A DNA stretch of 63,951 bases, the filler included, from Octopus bimaculoides (taxonomy: Eukaryota): assembly GCF_001194135.2 (NCBI RefSeq). It is 6 parts of 4 records of this genome, joined end to end, with 100 filler letters (N's around TTAATTAATTAA, not from the genome) between each part and the next. Parts side by side here need not be neighbours in the genome. Positions count along the whole stretch, not along the records: positions 1 to 24,745 come from NC_068981.1; 5 more parts are not named here. One strand, given 5' to 3'. Position 1 is the stretch's first letter. Every line of letters begins with the position of its first letter. A model generated the notes under the pieces. It did no database searches, was not told the origin of the DNA, and worked only from the letters and a program-made list of their open reading frames with translations. The position numbers and the translations under genes were made by a program. This document shows positions 1 through 11,870 of the stretch, in pieces.

Positions 1-165
1 GAGGAGGAGGAGAGGAGGAGGAGGAGAGGAGGAGGAGGAGGAAGAAAGGAAGAAGAGAGGTGGAAGAAGAAAGGAGGAGGAGGAAGAAAGGAGGAGGAGG
101 AAAGGGGGAGGAGGGGGAAGAAAGGAGGAGAAGGAAGAAAGGAGGAGAAGAAAGGGGAGGAGGTG
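1..165. repeat. Purine-rich (GGA/GAA)n simple repeat
   Basis: Direct reading of GAG/GAA runs; explains the spurious E/R/G-rich ORF 60..287. Confidence 0.9.
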
Positions 166-611
166 GAGTCCAGTATTTTATTTATCTGATTACCTACTTG
201 TTTTCCACCCTACTCCTCCAATTCCCTGCCTTCAACCTTACTATGCATCAACTCTACCATCTACTTTTCACTACTAAATTCCTATAGTCCTACAATCCAG
301 TTACTACTACTACTACTACTACTACTGCTACTACTACTACTACTACTACTACCTATCTTCCGAGATGGTCAGAGATTTGACAGCTATTTCCAGCTCCTTT
401 ATGGAGATTATGTTAGAAATCATTATGCAGTGAGAAGAAATTTGAACAAAGGTAGAATCAATAGACCATCAGCATCTCTTAACATTCTAAGTTCAGATCC
501 CAATGAGATCAGTCTTAATTTTCATTTTTATTTGATGAAATAATTAGCAGTCAGTTACTTTAATACAGTAGAAATAAAATGAGTCTCAGTAAGGCCTGGC
601 TAGGTGGTTAG

Positions 612-832
612 CCCTTTTGTTACCATATTTCTGTTGAGATATTCTGTGTTTCTTTCAATTAATTTTAAATATAACAAAGATTTTAGTAAAATAATTTAGT
701 TATTATTAAGCAAGTGTTAGGAACATAAATTTTGACTAAGGTTTGGTGGAAGATTTTAATTCAGAACTTTTGAAAACAAGAATTTGTACTACAGAGCCAG
801 AGGTGGTTTCAACCGGGTTGGTATCAAAAGGG
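612..832. mobile_element. piggyBac-like MITE
   Basis: Termini CCCTTTTGTTACC (612) and GGTATCAAAAGGG (832) are inverted repeats with one mismatch. Flanked by TTAG (608-611) and TTAA (833-836). CCC termini with a TTAA target are the piggyBac signature. No ORF. Confidence 0.7.
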
Positions 833-1329
833 TTAAGAAGCTTCGCAGTCATGTGGTCTAGTGATCAGTCCCACTGCATGGCATCTTAAGCAAGTTTCTC
901 CTACTATTTTCTTAGGTCTACCAAAGCCTTGTTAGTGGATTGGTGAACAGAAACTAAAAGAATCCTCTCAAATATATATGTACGTGTGTGAGGATGTGTA
1001 GGCGTGTGTATCTTTGCTTTTGAATTGTTCCCTTACAACTGCTTGGTGGCCAATGCTGGCTTCTTTGTTACCAAACTTTTTTGGCAAAAGTTCCAGGATT
1101 AAAAATCCCCTACCAACTTTTTTTCTTTTTGGTTTTTGCATAATCATATGAATTAAGGACAGAATTCTGTTTTAAGTATGGCATAACTTTTTCATTTTCG
1201 GGAATTTTCAGCAAATTTTTGTGAATTTGTATTCTACACACGGGAATTCAAACTACTATAAAAAAAAATTTGTTTTCCAATTTTTCGATTTTTAAAAAAA
1301 TTTAATCTAAAATATGGACAGTCCGTATA

Positions 1330-1506
1330 GGCGTAGGAGTGGCGGTGTGGTAAGTAGCATGCTTACCAACCACATGGTTCCGGGTTCAGTCCCACTGCGT
1401 GGCACCTTGGGCAAGTGTCTTCTACTATAGCCTCGGGCCAACCAAAGCCTTGTGAGTGGATTTGGTAGATGGAAACTGAAAGAAGTCTGTCGTATATATG
1501 TATATA

Positions 1507-1567
<61 letters not shown>

Positions 1568-1756
1568 CCAACATCGCTTGACAACCAATGCTGGTGTGTT
1601 TACGTCCCCGTAACTTAGCGGTTCGGCAAAAGAAACCGATAGAATAAGTATTAGGCTTCCAAAGAATAAGTCCTGGGGTCGCTTAGCTTGACTAAAAAAA
1701 AAAAAGGCGATGCTCCAGTATGACTGAAACAAGTAAAAGAGTTAAGAGTAAAGAGT
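1330..1756 (+). mobile_element. SINE family 1, full copy: tRNA-like head, internal (TA)n(TG)n, tail ending in (AAGAGT)n
   Basis: Head GGCGTAGGAGTGGC..GTGTGGTAAG..GGTTCCGGGTTCAGTCCC with A/B-box-like motifs. The same head and tail recur many times in the window on both strands. Confidence 0.85.
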
Positions 1757-2696
1757 CCGAAGATTTGGCTTAAATCCCAGCAATAGACCATTAAATGTGT
1801 TTATGAGGCGAAAGATACTGAAAAAAATCAATACATCAAAGTGACAAACAGACGAGGGAGGTATGAGGTGGTAGTGAAATGTGCTAAAAATAACAGTTTA
1901 ATCGCCCTTAAATTACGGAACATTTTTTTTTGCATGATAGAGTGAATTACCGTGTGCAGAAAGCAAATACGCCAAAATTTTCTGAAAATGGCAAACATTA
2001 AAAACGTTATGATGGGTTACATAATGTTCTTAAAGCAAAATTCCGCCAAATTAAGTATTTATTTGGGTCAGTTTGTTCGACCCCAATACTTGGAGGTGCC
2101 CCGCATGGCCGCAGTCCAATGACTGAAACAAAATTTCCGATCACGAGCATTTTAGTAATTCGACTGACTCAACTACCAGCCTCGACGAATAAGCATGTTT
2201 ATATATCAATGTTTCGCAGACTTACGGAGTCTCAATGAAATTTCACTTATAATCTGCAGGACACAGAGTATGGGTGCGTCAGCAGAAACGTGTAAACACA
2301 CACACACATGCGACAGTCTCCGACACGGTGCGGTCAAGCCTAGAAACCAGTGGTTGAGAAACGAACTTAACGGCTATGCCAGCGCCTATTGCACACACGT
2401 GTATAGACTGTCTATGTACATATATATAATAAATTCAAATATATATATATATATATCATGTTTTGGTATGATTTAGAGGAGTAAACGAATTGCCCATGGC
2501 CATGTGATACGAGTTACAAGAAGGAATGAAATGGAATGGACCAAAAAATCTGAATAGTGACGTTACGAGGCAGTGCGTTAAGTCTATACCAACAGAAGTA
2601 TAAAATTACACATCTCGCTACGCTTAAATAACATGTACGGCTATAAATATAAACTGAAAGTAGTAAAAAAACATTTCATAACGAAGTAAAACATTT

Positions 2697-2768
2697 GGGC
2701 TCGTCCGGGAATTGAACCCGGGACCTCTCGCACCCGAAGCGAGAATCATACCCCTAGACCAACGAGCC
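2697..2768 (-). tRNA. tRNA-Pro-CGG: tRNA-Pro, anticodon CGG
   Basis: Minus strand GGCTCGTTGGTCTAGGGGTATGATTCTCGCTTCGGGTGCGAGAGGTCCCGGGTTCAATTCCCGGACGAGCCC (72 nt). Anticodon arm CTCGC-TT-CGG-GT-GCGAG. TTTT Pol III terminator 5 nt downstream (2688-2691). Confidence 0.97.
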
Positions 2769-3401
2769 AGACACGAAAGTTGGCGATAAATAAAGTAATT
2801 AAACACACTTGCTATTATTATTTATCTTATGATATTTAAAGTGGTAAATTTGTATTAAAGGGCATTAAAATAAATGTATTTCATAAAAATTATTGCGTTT
2901 AAGCCGATAATCTCCCGATTTTCTTGGTATAAACATAGCATCTTTACAGCTGTAGCCGCCATTAAGTGCAGAGAAGCTGGTAAACAGGAAGCAGTGTTTC
3001 AGCTGTTTAGATGTCTACAATTACAATTGAAATTTTGATTACTAATATATACGTATGGAAGACTCGACGTATTTATAATATTAAGTCTATGATTATATTT
3101 TGAATAAAATGAAGTACAATAAATTAGATTCTAACAACATATTAAAATAGTCAAATACGATTCATATTAGAACAATTACAAACAAAATCACAATTAAGTT
3201 GAATATACGATCACATGTGTATTTTATTGCATAGATGATTTACCATATATAATTTCTTTTTATTTTCTTTCTCTCACTTTTTTCTTTGTCATTCATTGAG
3301 AAAAAAATGTTGGTTGTCTGTTTTATTACTCTTTACTCGATGTTTTTTTTTAGTTTTGTAACATTGAATGAACTAGTCAATTACATTATTACTGCCAGAT
3401 A

Positions 3402-3803
3402 GGTAGAGACGGACTATATGTAATCTGAACCTCCCCCCCCCCTTATTTATTAATTTTTTTTACGGAATCCCACGTTTTAGGCTATGGAGATTCCGATTCT
3501 GAAAAAAAATTGTTTGAAAAATTTCAATCCCCCCCACCAAGCAGGCTATTTACATGCTAGAAATAACAGCCAAATCTCACAAAACTAGTGTTAGGGTTAA
3601 GTTTAGTGTTAGGGTTAGGGTTTGAGTTAGGGTTAGGTTTACCCTGTGGATCTATATAAAAACCGGGGCGGGGGATCGAAATTTTGAAATTGAGATTTTT
3701 GAAAAAAAATTTCAGAATCGGAATCTCCATAGCCTAAAACGTGGGATTCCGTAAAAAAAAAAAATAAGTGGGGAAAGGTTCAGATTACATATAGTCCATC
3801 TGG
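3402..3803. mobile_element. Fold-back MITE with ~120-bp TIRs and a central degenerate (TTAGGG)n tract
   Basis: GGACTATATGTAATCTGAACC..ACGGAATCCCACGTTTTAGGCTATGGAGATTCCGATTCTGAAA (from 3411) is mirrored at ~3710-3797. An 11-bp direct repeat ACTGCCAGATA flanks it (3391-3401, 3804-3814). TTAGGG variants at ~3588-3640. Confidence 0.8.
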
Positions 3804-4194
3804 ACTGCCAGATATTTACTGACCCTAATAGCAGTGATTTCTGCAATATTTGAACTAGTTATCGTTAAGTAACTGGACAGACAGACTATTCATTTTATAC
3901 AAATACAACACCGTGCTTCTCTGTAAAATGTAATTTTCTTACAAAAATGTTTTCAGAGGAGCGAAATACGAAGTTATATATTATCCCACCGCCCAAGAAT
4001 ATAGTTATGTAAGCGAAGTCGCTTCAGTTAAGAATATGAAGCAGACTGCGCGTTTAACATATCGTAAACTTAACTGGTACAGGTAATTATGATGGGTAAG
4101 AAACGGGAAAAGAGGAAAACTTAGACGAAAAAGAGATTTATAATGAAATCAACAAAGAAAGAATGTGAGAGCGGGGAATACATTATTTTATTTG

Positions 4195-4545
4195 TGTTAG
4201 TCCTTGGACTGCGGGCATGCCCGGGTACCACCTCGAAGGGTTTAGTCAACCCTAGTACATTTTTTAATGCCTGGTATTATTTTATTGGTTACTTTGTCAA
4301 ACCGCTACGTAACAAGGACGTAAATAAAGCAACACTAGTTGTTTAGTTGTGTGTGAGAAGGACAGACACGTCACATACATACAACACGCGTGTGTGTGTG
4401 TGTTTATGTATACACACACGACAAATTTTCTTGGTTTTCGTCTACCAAATTTATTTAGATTTTAGTCAGCCCGTAGTTATAACCGATAACAGTTGCCCAA
4501 ACTGATCCCGAAACCAAGTTGTAAAGCGAACTTCTTCAAAGTTTC
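4195..4545 (-). mobile_element. SINE family 1, old degenerate copy (approximate ends)
   Basis: Decayed tail, (CA/TG) tract and head motifs (TCTACCAAAT..., GTTGCCCAA) in reverse orientation. Confidence 0.55.
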
Positions 4546-4736
4546 CATACCTGCGCCGAGTTATATAGAATCATGAAACTATCGGGCGACCACTAAATGG
4601 GGCACTAGGTAATCAGTTATGAGAGAGAGATAGGGGTTAACGTGTTTGAATATAAGTACAGAGTATAAGATTGTGATAGTGGTTGAAATTTCGGTTAATG
4701 GAAATAATCATGAATAAAAGAAAAGTATCAACATTT

Positions 4737-4739
4737 CAT

Positions 4740-4775
<36 letters not shown>

Positions 4776-7275
4776 GACAAAAATGAATTTAATTTTCGTA
4801 ATTAGCAGTACACCAAATTTGAAAAGAATTGGAACAAAATTAAAAGAATTGAAGATCCCTAAAACATTTCTTTTTCAAAACTAGTTAAAAACATATATAA
4901 CATATAAACATGTACATCTTTTAGAATATTGTCATTTTATAAGATTTTGCTGGTAGATTTTTAAATTAACATCAGCATTTATTTACATGAAAGAAAATTT
5001 CCAAATCTTTCTGTTTAAACTGTATTGAAAACATTTGTGGGTTTTGTTTTTTTATCATAGCAACTGGTCGCACACCACAAGGTTTAATGGAACCTACTGA
5101 AGTAAGCCAGCACACTCGCAGTATTACTACGGGCGATGGCGAGGCTAAAGCATTGGGAAAGCCAAGCACCCTCACGGACATCACCTGGCACCTCGGTGAG
5201 GCGAACTGCTAACGTTGACAAGAACTTCACAGTTAGTGGCCCAGTCCTTCCAAACATCTCAAACACCACAGGTTGGAAGAGATAGTTCACTGTCAGGTCC
5301 CAATACTTCAGGGTTTTCTTCCATTTGGCTACAGAAGCAATGACCATCCTATTAACTGCAGCATTCAGGATGTGGGAGGGAACAAGGGAGTCACAGAATA
5401 TGGCGTCCCAAATGAAGTACCAACCTCTAATCCAGGGACAAATGGTAAGACCATCTGGTCTCTTTTCATCACTTCTGGATAACCCCAATGGCTCTAGAAC
5501 TGGGGATATTAATTCGAGCCAGAGCCCAGTTAATGATTAGGTTTAGCTCGGTGTGATGAGCGAACCAACCAGAATTTAGGCTGCAAGACAGACTGTGAAG
5601 ACCTGTGGGACCGAGGGGCTTACCACAGTGACATCTCAGTCTCCTACAGACGTCAGCTTCCACTCTGAGAGTGCGATGGAGATGTGGAGCTAATCTAACC
5701 TGAGTAGACCTCCAATGTTGGCCACAGGCAAGGCATCAATCCAGTCCCCTGAGAATTTTGCACTAGTTGAAAGTAGGCTACAAACCTTGATAATTGATCA
5801 GATCGATCAAGGAAAGGGTTGAAAGTGGCACCTGAACTCTGATTGCCCCATACTCTCAGTTTCCATCTATCAGCCACTGTAACTGGAATTGACAAACCCA
5901 GCTCTCTCCATTGTGATACAGCTTCATGCATCACCCTGTTGGAGTTAGTCCATGTTGGAGAGGAGAGGATCTTACTTACCAAAGGGGAGCAAATGAGGAT
6001 GGAGGAAATAAAAGAGGGAAGAGATAAAGGTGAGCACTTGCACAGACCTAGACCCCCAAACCGTTTGGGCAAAGCACCTTGGTCATGGGAGTCTGAGGAG
6101 AGTTTGACATTGACCAAGCATTCGAGTTTCCTGAAGATTAGATCATCAAAATATTGTAGGAATTTGTAAGAGGGACTAACTCTCAGAAAATACAATAGCT
6201 TAGGAATTGACAAGTAATTCCTAAATAAAAAAAAAACCTTGGTGGGGCTCAGTTACTTCACGGGTTTTTAAAAGTTGTTTGAGGTTAGCCATTTTGGAGC
6301 TAAAGATGGATTCAAAAGCTAAGTCAGTAATTAGAGCTCCAAGGGAGCACCACACTGATGAAGGAGGAATCACAATTGAGGTGGGGTGAGTCAACAAATA
6401 GTTTAGTAATCTGTTCATGCAAAGCTGGATGGATGAGGAGCTCACATTTGGAGATGTTAATGCTAAGACCTCTATGACCAAGTTCCTCGATCATCATTCT
6501 CACATTTGCAAGCACCTTGCCAGGAGGGCCTCCAAAACAAGCATCATTGAGGTACCAGACATTTAGGTCTAGGTTGGCTCCCATCATGGAACATCATCAA
6601 TACCCAATGTGAATAGGACAGACCAAGTGGATCACCTTGTTGGACTCCAGAGGCAGATGGGATGAGGTGGTCACCAAAGGAGAGGTAGGAGGGCTCCTGA
6701 AAGACTTTCCAAGCAAAGTAATAAAGCGACGGGGGAATTCTCCCTTACTGTGCAGAGGATGATGTATTGACTGATGGAGTTAAAAGCATTCTTAATGTTA
6801 AGTTTGAGGATGAGCTTTGGAGACTCAGAGGGCAAGTTGATGAAAACCCTGGTGGTGTAAGCAGCAGCCTCACAACCTAACTTAGTACCCACTCCATTCC
6901 TAGCTGAATAGGGGAAAGTTCCTTGGTCAGGCAGTTAGAAACTGAGGAGAGGCATGCTTTAGCTGTGAGCCGTCGCAGAGTACAACCAACTACTATGGGG
7001 CAGAGGTCACCATTGGACTTGGTGAGACTAAATAGTTTGGCTCCAAAGAATAGGGGACAAATATAGGCAAGGATACACTCGGATGAGAACAAGTTTATGA
7101 ACTGTGTTAGGTTCTCCAAGAGTTCAAGCCCAGCATCACCAGCTGGCAGGAAGATACTATCCTTGAGATGCTGAGGTTGTAAGCCATCAATCCCAGCACC
7201 AGAATTTGCTGGGAAAGAGGCAATTGTCAGTGGTGAAGATGGGTTGTAGAAAACTTGGTGGGTTGGGCCAAGGTT
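4737..7275 (-). mobile_element. CRE-clade non-LTR retrotransposon (RT + restriction-like endonuclease), 5'-truncated, frameshifted and dead
   Basis: Minus-strand peptides: SFPANSGAGIDGLQPQHLKD; KSNGDLCPIVVGCTLRRLTAK; GCEAAAYTTR; KLNIKNAFNSISQ; SGVQQGDPLG; WYLND (decayed YLDD); LPKRFGGLGL; CHCG..HSLSC zinc knuckle; KRPDGLTICPWIRG..WD (RLE); QPVVFEMFG; QCFSLAIARSN. A putative 3' tail (TAAA)n lies at 4737-4773. Confidence 0.85.
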
Positions 7276-9636
7276 TTAAAAATCGTCAATAACTGATGTA
7301 ACATTTGTTTTTATCTAGTTGCTGCATTATGCTATATCGAATAAGGCATACCTACACAAGTATCTCTCTTGACTTTCAGGTAGTGTAGATTCTGATTATA
7401 TTGGAATTTAATGTTAAAAAGAACGAAGAGACAATCACATATGTAGCTACAAAATTTCAAGTTCTATTTTGTAGATATATATGTGATGTATGTCACTATG
7501 TATGTGCACACCCACTTTTTTTTTTTTTTTTTTTTTTTTTGTAATCTACACTACCTGAAAGGTATTTGTAGAAAAAATTTTTTATTTAAAAGTAACAACT
7601 TTTTTGAAAGTTATAAAGAAACACAGTTGGTGGGGCATGCTTGTGTAGGTATACATCAAATAAAATGTAATTATTGTTTTCACATACATTTTAAGCTATA
7701 ATATAAATCGAAGGTATCAATGTCTCACTTAAAATGGCAATACTACAGAATTAGTACATGACGTCATAGACTTTTACTGAAAGATAGCCCTTAAAATATT
7801 ATTTGCTTCTTATTTCCAAATTAACTAACACACAGTATTTACTCTTTTACTCTTTTACTTGTTTCAGTCATTTGACTGCAGCCATAAAAAATGTTTCCTA
7901 ATGGCATTTTCTCCAAAACAAAATTGAAAGGTTTTCCTTCTCAGTAATTATAGTTTAGGTACAGTTACCTGAGGCATTAATAATGAAACTGAAACAATCT
8001 GGGAAAATACAAAAATAGACAGGATACCGTCCTGAGTAAGCAAAACGAATATGCATTTATATATAAAAAAGAAGTGTATGTATATATATACATATATATA
8101 TATATGACGGGCTTGTTTTCAATTTCCATCTACCAAATCCACTCACCAGGCTTTGGTCAGCCCGAGGCTGTATACATAAATATGTTTTTAAGACATTTTC
8201 CCCCAGGGTTCAGGAAATTCAAGCTTTCTGGCTAAAGTCAAACTTATTGCAAAACTTGTGGCTTCTGGATAAATTAAAAAAGGTTGCATTTTATTAAGTA
8301 TTCTTTTTATTTGGTAAAAAGGAAAATTAGTATTTGTTTATTTTCTTATAATTTGCATTCTTGTTATGTACCCAGCATAAACCTACATTTGTAATTGTTG
8401 AATGATTTTTCTGCTGTTTTGTTCGCTCCCCAAGCAAACCATTCCATCTAGTGGTATTGGAAATGCACACACCTTCATACACACATGGGTATGTACATAT
8501 GTGTGTTGGTGTTACTTAGCTTTATTCAGAAATGTAATTGTTACAGGATTGAGAAAAATACTCCTGAATGTTTGGTTACTTGATTCAGCTCTTTTGAGTT
8601 CTTTTCTTCATCTCTCTCTCTCTATCTATCTATCTATCTGCCTGCAATTTTGTTAAAACACTCAACAGAGTTCATTATTACATGTGTACAACAGCATCCA
8701 CATTCAAACTTAGGTAGCATGACCATACACACTTTTAATCATAAGAGCATAGCACAGCATCTCACTAACCAGATTCATCTGGAACCTCAGTTTTGTGATT
8801 AATTACAGGTGATGCACTTCCTTACAAAAAGAGTCCAGGTAGTCTTAATTTGTGCTTGGTAGATGCTTTTGAAATCCTTATGTGCTGGTCTAGTTTAATT
8901 AATCTGCAAAATAGATTATTGATCCATTGCCCCCACTTATTTAAAACTTTCTTAAAAGTTTTTGCATTCTCTATTTATGGAAGTAATAACATCTGCTTGC
9001 ATAAAGTTAAGACTGTATCATTTATATGAAAGTGTGTGTGGTTATGAGATTTGATATAACTAAATGGAAAAAGCAGGTGACAAGACTAACATATGAAATC
9101 AGAAAAATAAGTTAAGTGTCATACGTATTTGCCAACTTGATCTGGAAACTGAAGCTAATACATTGTGGAAAAGCCATCTAAAATACTAAAAAAATTGAAA
9201 TCACTTTTCCTTTATTCCTTGAACTATTAATATTTCCATGGCATCTTTGCATCCTGGTTATTGATACAATTTCTACAATTTCACTGCAATTGAGTTTTTA
9301 GGACTCTGAAGTAGTTTCCTTTACTTTCTCTCCTTGAACTTTTGAACATACAAGTCTGTTGTACAACTGTTGATTGACAATCGCTTCCCCCACAGTTCTT
9401 AGTCCTCCGAACTGCATGGCAACCTCAATAGTGTTGGTAGCACCCAGTATTACTGTAAAGTGGTTGATGATAAGAAGGGCATCCAGCTGTAGAAACCATG
9501 CCAAAGATGACAATGGAGCACAAAGCAGTCCATGAACTCATCAGATCCTGCCATACCATCATACCATTCAAGCCATGCTAGCATGGAACATGGACATTAA
9601 ATAACAAAGACTGTATGTGCATGTGTGTCTGTATAT

Positions 9637-9850
9637 ATTAGGTCATCCCATAAATAATGCAGTTTTTTCAATTGCATGAAAAGTCGGAGAAGGACAGAAT
9701 AAACTACCTGCATCAATTTGCTATAAAAGCAGGTAGTAATTTTACCTTGTCCTTATTCTCAGTGCAGTTCGATTTTAACAGTTATTTTTCCAAAGCTATA
9801 ATGGAAGTGACAAAGGAGCATATTCAGCATATTTTGTTTTAAAGTGCGAG
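9637..9850 (+). mobile_element. Mariner 5' end remnant
   Basis: TA-flanked TIR-like TTAGGTCATCCCATAAATAATGC, followed by ATG GAA GTG ACA AAG GAG CAT ATT CAG CAT ATT TTG (MEVTKEHIQHIL), a mariner N-terminal HTH start. Confidence 0.6.
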
Positions 9851-10024
9851 GAATATTAAAGTAATATATAGGGATCGGACATTAAGTGTAAGCCAGTGTC
9901 AACGGTGGTTCCAGAAATTCCAGCCTGGAAGAGTTGTAAGAGCTCAATGAGGATGTCCTAAGCAATTCTTGAGCCTATCGGATCCTGCCAAACTGTCTAA
10001 CCCATGTCAGCATAAAACAACAAT

Positions 10025-10286
10025 ATTAAATGATGATATACATGTGGCCACCATTTTGAGCGTGGCCGTTGCCAGTACCGCCTGACTGGCCTTCGTGCGG
10101 GTGACACGTAAAAGCACCCACTACACTCTCTGAGTGGTTGGCATTAGGAAGGGCATCCAGCTGTAGAAACTCTGCCAGATCAGATTGGAGCCTGGTGTAG
10201 CCATCTGGTTTCACCAGTCCTCAGTCAAATCGTCCAACCCATGCTAGCATGGAAAGCGGACGCTAAACGATGATGATGATGATGAT
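10025..10286 (+). mobile_element. SINE family 2 3' part, ending in (GAT)n
   Basis: GTAAAAGCACCCACTACACTCTC..GGCATTAGGAAGGGCATCCAGCTGTAGAAACTCTGCC..CATGCTAGCATGGAAAGCGGACG..(GAT)n. Recurs at ~9440, 14557, 15601, 16640 and 47140. Confidence 0.8.
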
Positions 10287-10300
10287 ATATAAATATATAT

Positions 10301-10694
10301 TACTCTTTCACTTGTTTCAGTCATTTGACTGCGGCCATGCTGCTGCACCGCCTTTAGTCGAACAAATTGACCCCGGGACTTATTCTTTGTAAGCCTAGTA
10401 CTTATTCTATCGGTCTCTTTTGCTGAACCGCTAGGTGACGGGGACATAAACACACCAGCATCGGCTGTCAAGCAATGCTAGGGGGGACAAACACATATAC
10501 ATATATATATATATATATATATACATATATACGACGGGCTTCTTTCAGTTTCCGTCTACCAAATCCACTCACAAGGCTTTGGTCGGCCCGAGGCTATAGT
10601 AGAAGACACTTGCCCAAGATGCCACGCAGTGGGACTGAACCCGGAACCATGTGGTTGGTAAGCAAGCTACTTACCACACAGCCACTCCTGCGCC
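10301..10694 (-). mobile_element. SINE family 1, full young copy
   Basis: Near-exact reverse complement of the 1330..1756 architecture, with an internal (TA)n tract. Confidence 0.85.
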
Positions 10695-11297
10695 TATATA
10701 TATATATATAAATTCAAATCAGGCTATATTATTAGCATTATTCTGCGATTGAGAATTTAAAATCACTTCTTTAATATATATATATATATATATATCCATA
10801 TATATACATACATACACATACACACACATCATCATAAATATATACAGGGGTGGCTGTGTGGTAAGAACTTTGTTTCCTAACCATATGGTTCTAGCTTCAG
10901 TCACAGAGCATTGACACCTTGGACAAGTGTCTTCTGCTATAGCCCCAGGCCAACAAAGTCTCTTGAGTGGACTTGATAGACAGAAACCGAAAAAAACCTG
11001 CCATGTATATATATGTATATATATATATATACATACGAGTGTTTGTGTCATCCATTTCTAATATTCTGTAAGAACATATGTGACCTTCAAGAAATATTAC
11101 TATACTTCTGAACAAGTGAGGGTTGGCAAATCCATCTCAATAAACTCCATCCAACCCTTGTAAGCATTGAAAAGTGAACAATAAAATGATGATGTGGAAG
11201 ATGATATATATATAAACATGTGTAAATGCATGTGTTAAACATTTTATAAGAAAACAGTATAAAAATAATTAAAATAGATTGAATGAGTTTAAAGCTA

Positions 11298-11303
11298 TTT
11301 ATT
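11298..11303 (-). promoter_or_regulatory. Candidate polyadenylation signal of MRPS23
   Basis: AATAAA on the minus strand 10 nt after the stop codon. Confidence 0.55.
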
Positions 11304-11313
11304 AAAATCACTA

Positions 11314-11472
11314 TCAAGTTTTATTACTACTTCCAAGATTATCATCAACTCCATAATGGTCCATAGTATTAACATTAGAAATATTATTTGTGGTTTGTTC
11401 AGTTTTTAAGGTGGAATCTGTTGATCTGTTTTCTGAAGAGAACATTTCTGCTTCGGCTGCTACTTCACTTTC
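11314..11472 (-). CDS. MRPS23: 28S mitochondrial ribosomal protein S23, exon 5 (ESEVAAEAEM...SSNKT*)
   Basis: Acceptor ttttctgtgtcag at 11473. Phase 0 matches exon 4. 159 nt ending in TGA. Confidence 0.75.
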   Translation of the reverse strand, partial: ESEVAAEAEMFSSENRSTDSTLKTEQTTNNISNVNTMDHYGVDDNLGSSNKT

Positions 11473-11749
11473 CTGACACAGAAAAAGAAAAAAAATGATT
11501 TCCATAAGAAAATTATATGTAAATTGCTAATCATACATAAATAATATTTAAAAAAGCAAGAACATAAGTTAAAACCAGCAAATTAAATTATCTTGACACA
11601 CAAAAATAGATTTAAATCTCATTTTAGGTCATACTGACAATTTTTAAAAAGAATGAAATAGTGCTATACATAATTACCCCTGACTAGAAATTTTAAAAAC
11701 TTAATAAGTAAAATAAATAAATAAAAAATTTAGACTTGCATATTTGTAC

Positions 11750-11870
11750 CTTTTCAGTAATGGTTCTAAGGCGAATTCCCTGTGCCTTAAGATTATCGGC
11801 AGCTTTTTGAAATAAGTCTTCTTCAGAAATGCGTTCCTGATCCTGAAGTTTGAAGTAATTTTCAATGAAC
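11750..11870 (-). CDS. MRPS23: MRPS23 exon 4 (FIENYFKLQDQERISEEDLFQKAADNLKAQGIRLRTITEK)
   Basis: ttatttcag acceptor, GT donor at 11749. Phase 2 in, 0 out. Matches the MRPS23 F-[IV]-E-x-Y...E-E-x-L-F...G-[IV]-x-L-R segment. Confidence 0.93.

Noticed and set aside
3588-3640. TTAGGG tract as a true or fused telomere
   Set aside because: It is short, degenerate and centred inside a fold-back element.
4036-4082. Possible plus-strand first exon MKQTARLTYRKLNWY with donor AG|GTAATT in a CpG-richer patch
   Set aside because: I could not chain downstream candidates (7320, 7968, 8206, 8808) into a recognisable protein. Unsupported without RNA data.
11314-11472. Unusual C-terminal extension of MRPS23
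   Set aside because: MRPS23 C-termini are poorly conserved, and the total of 186 aa is normal for the family.
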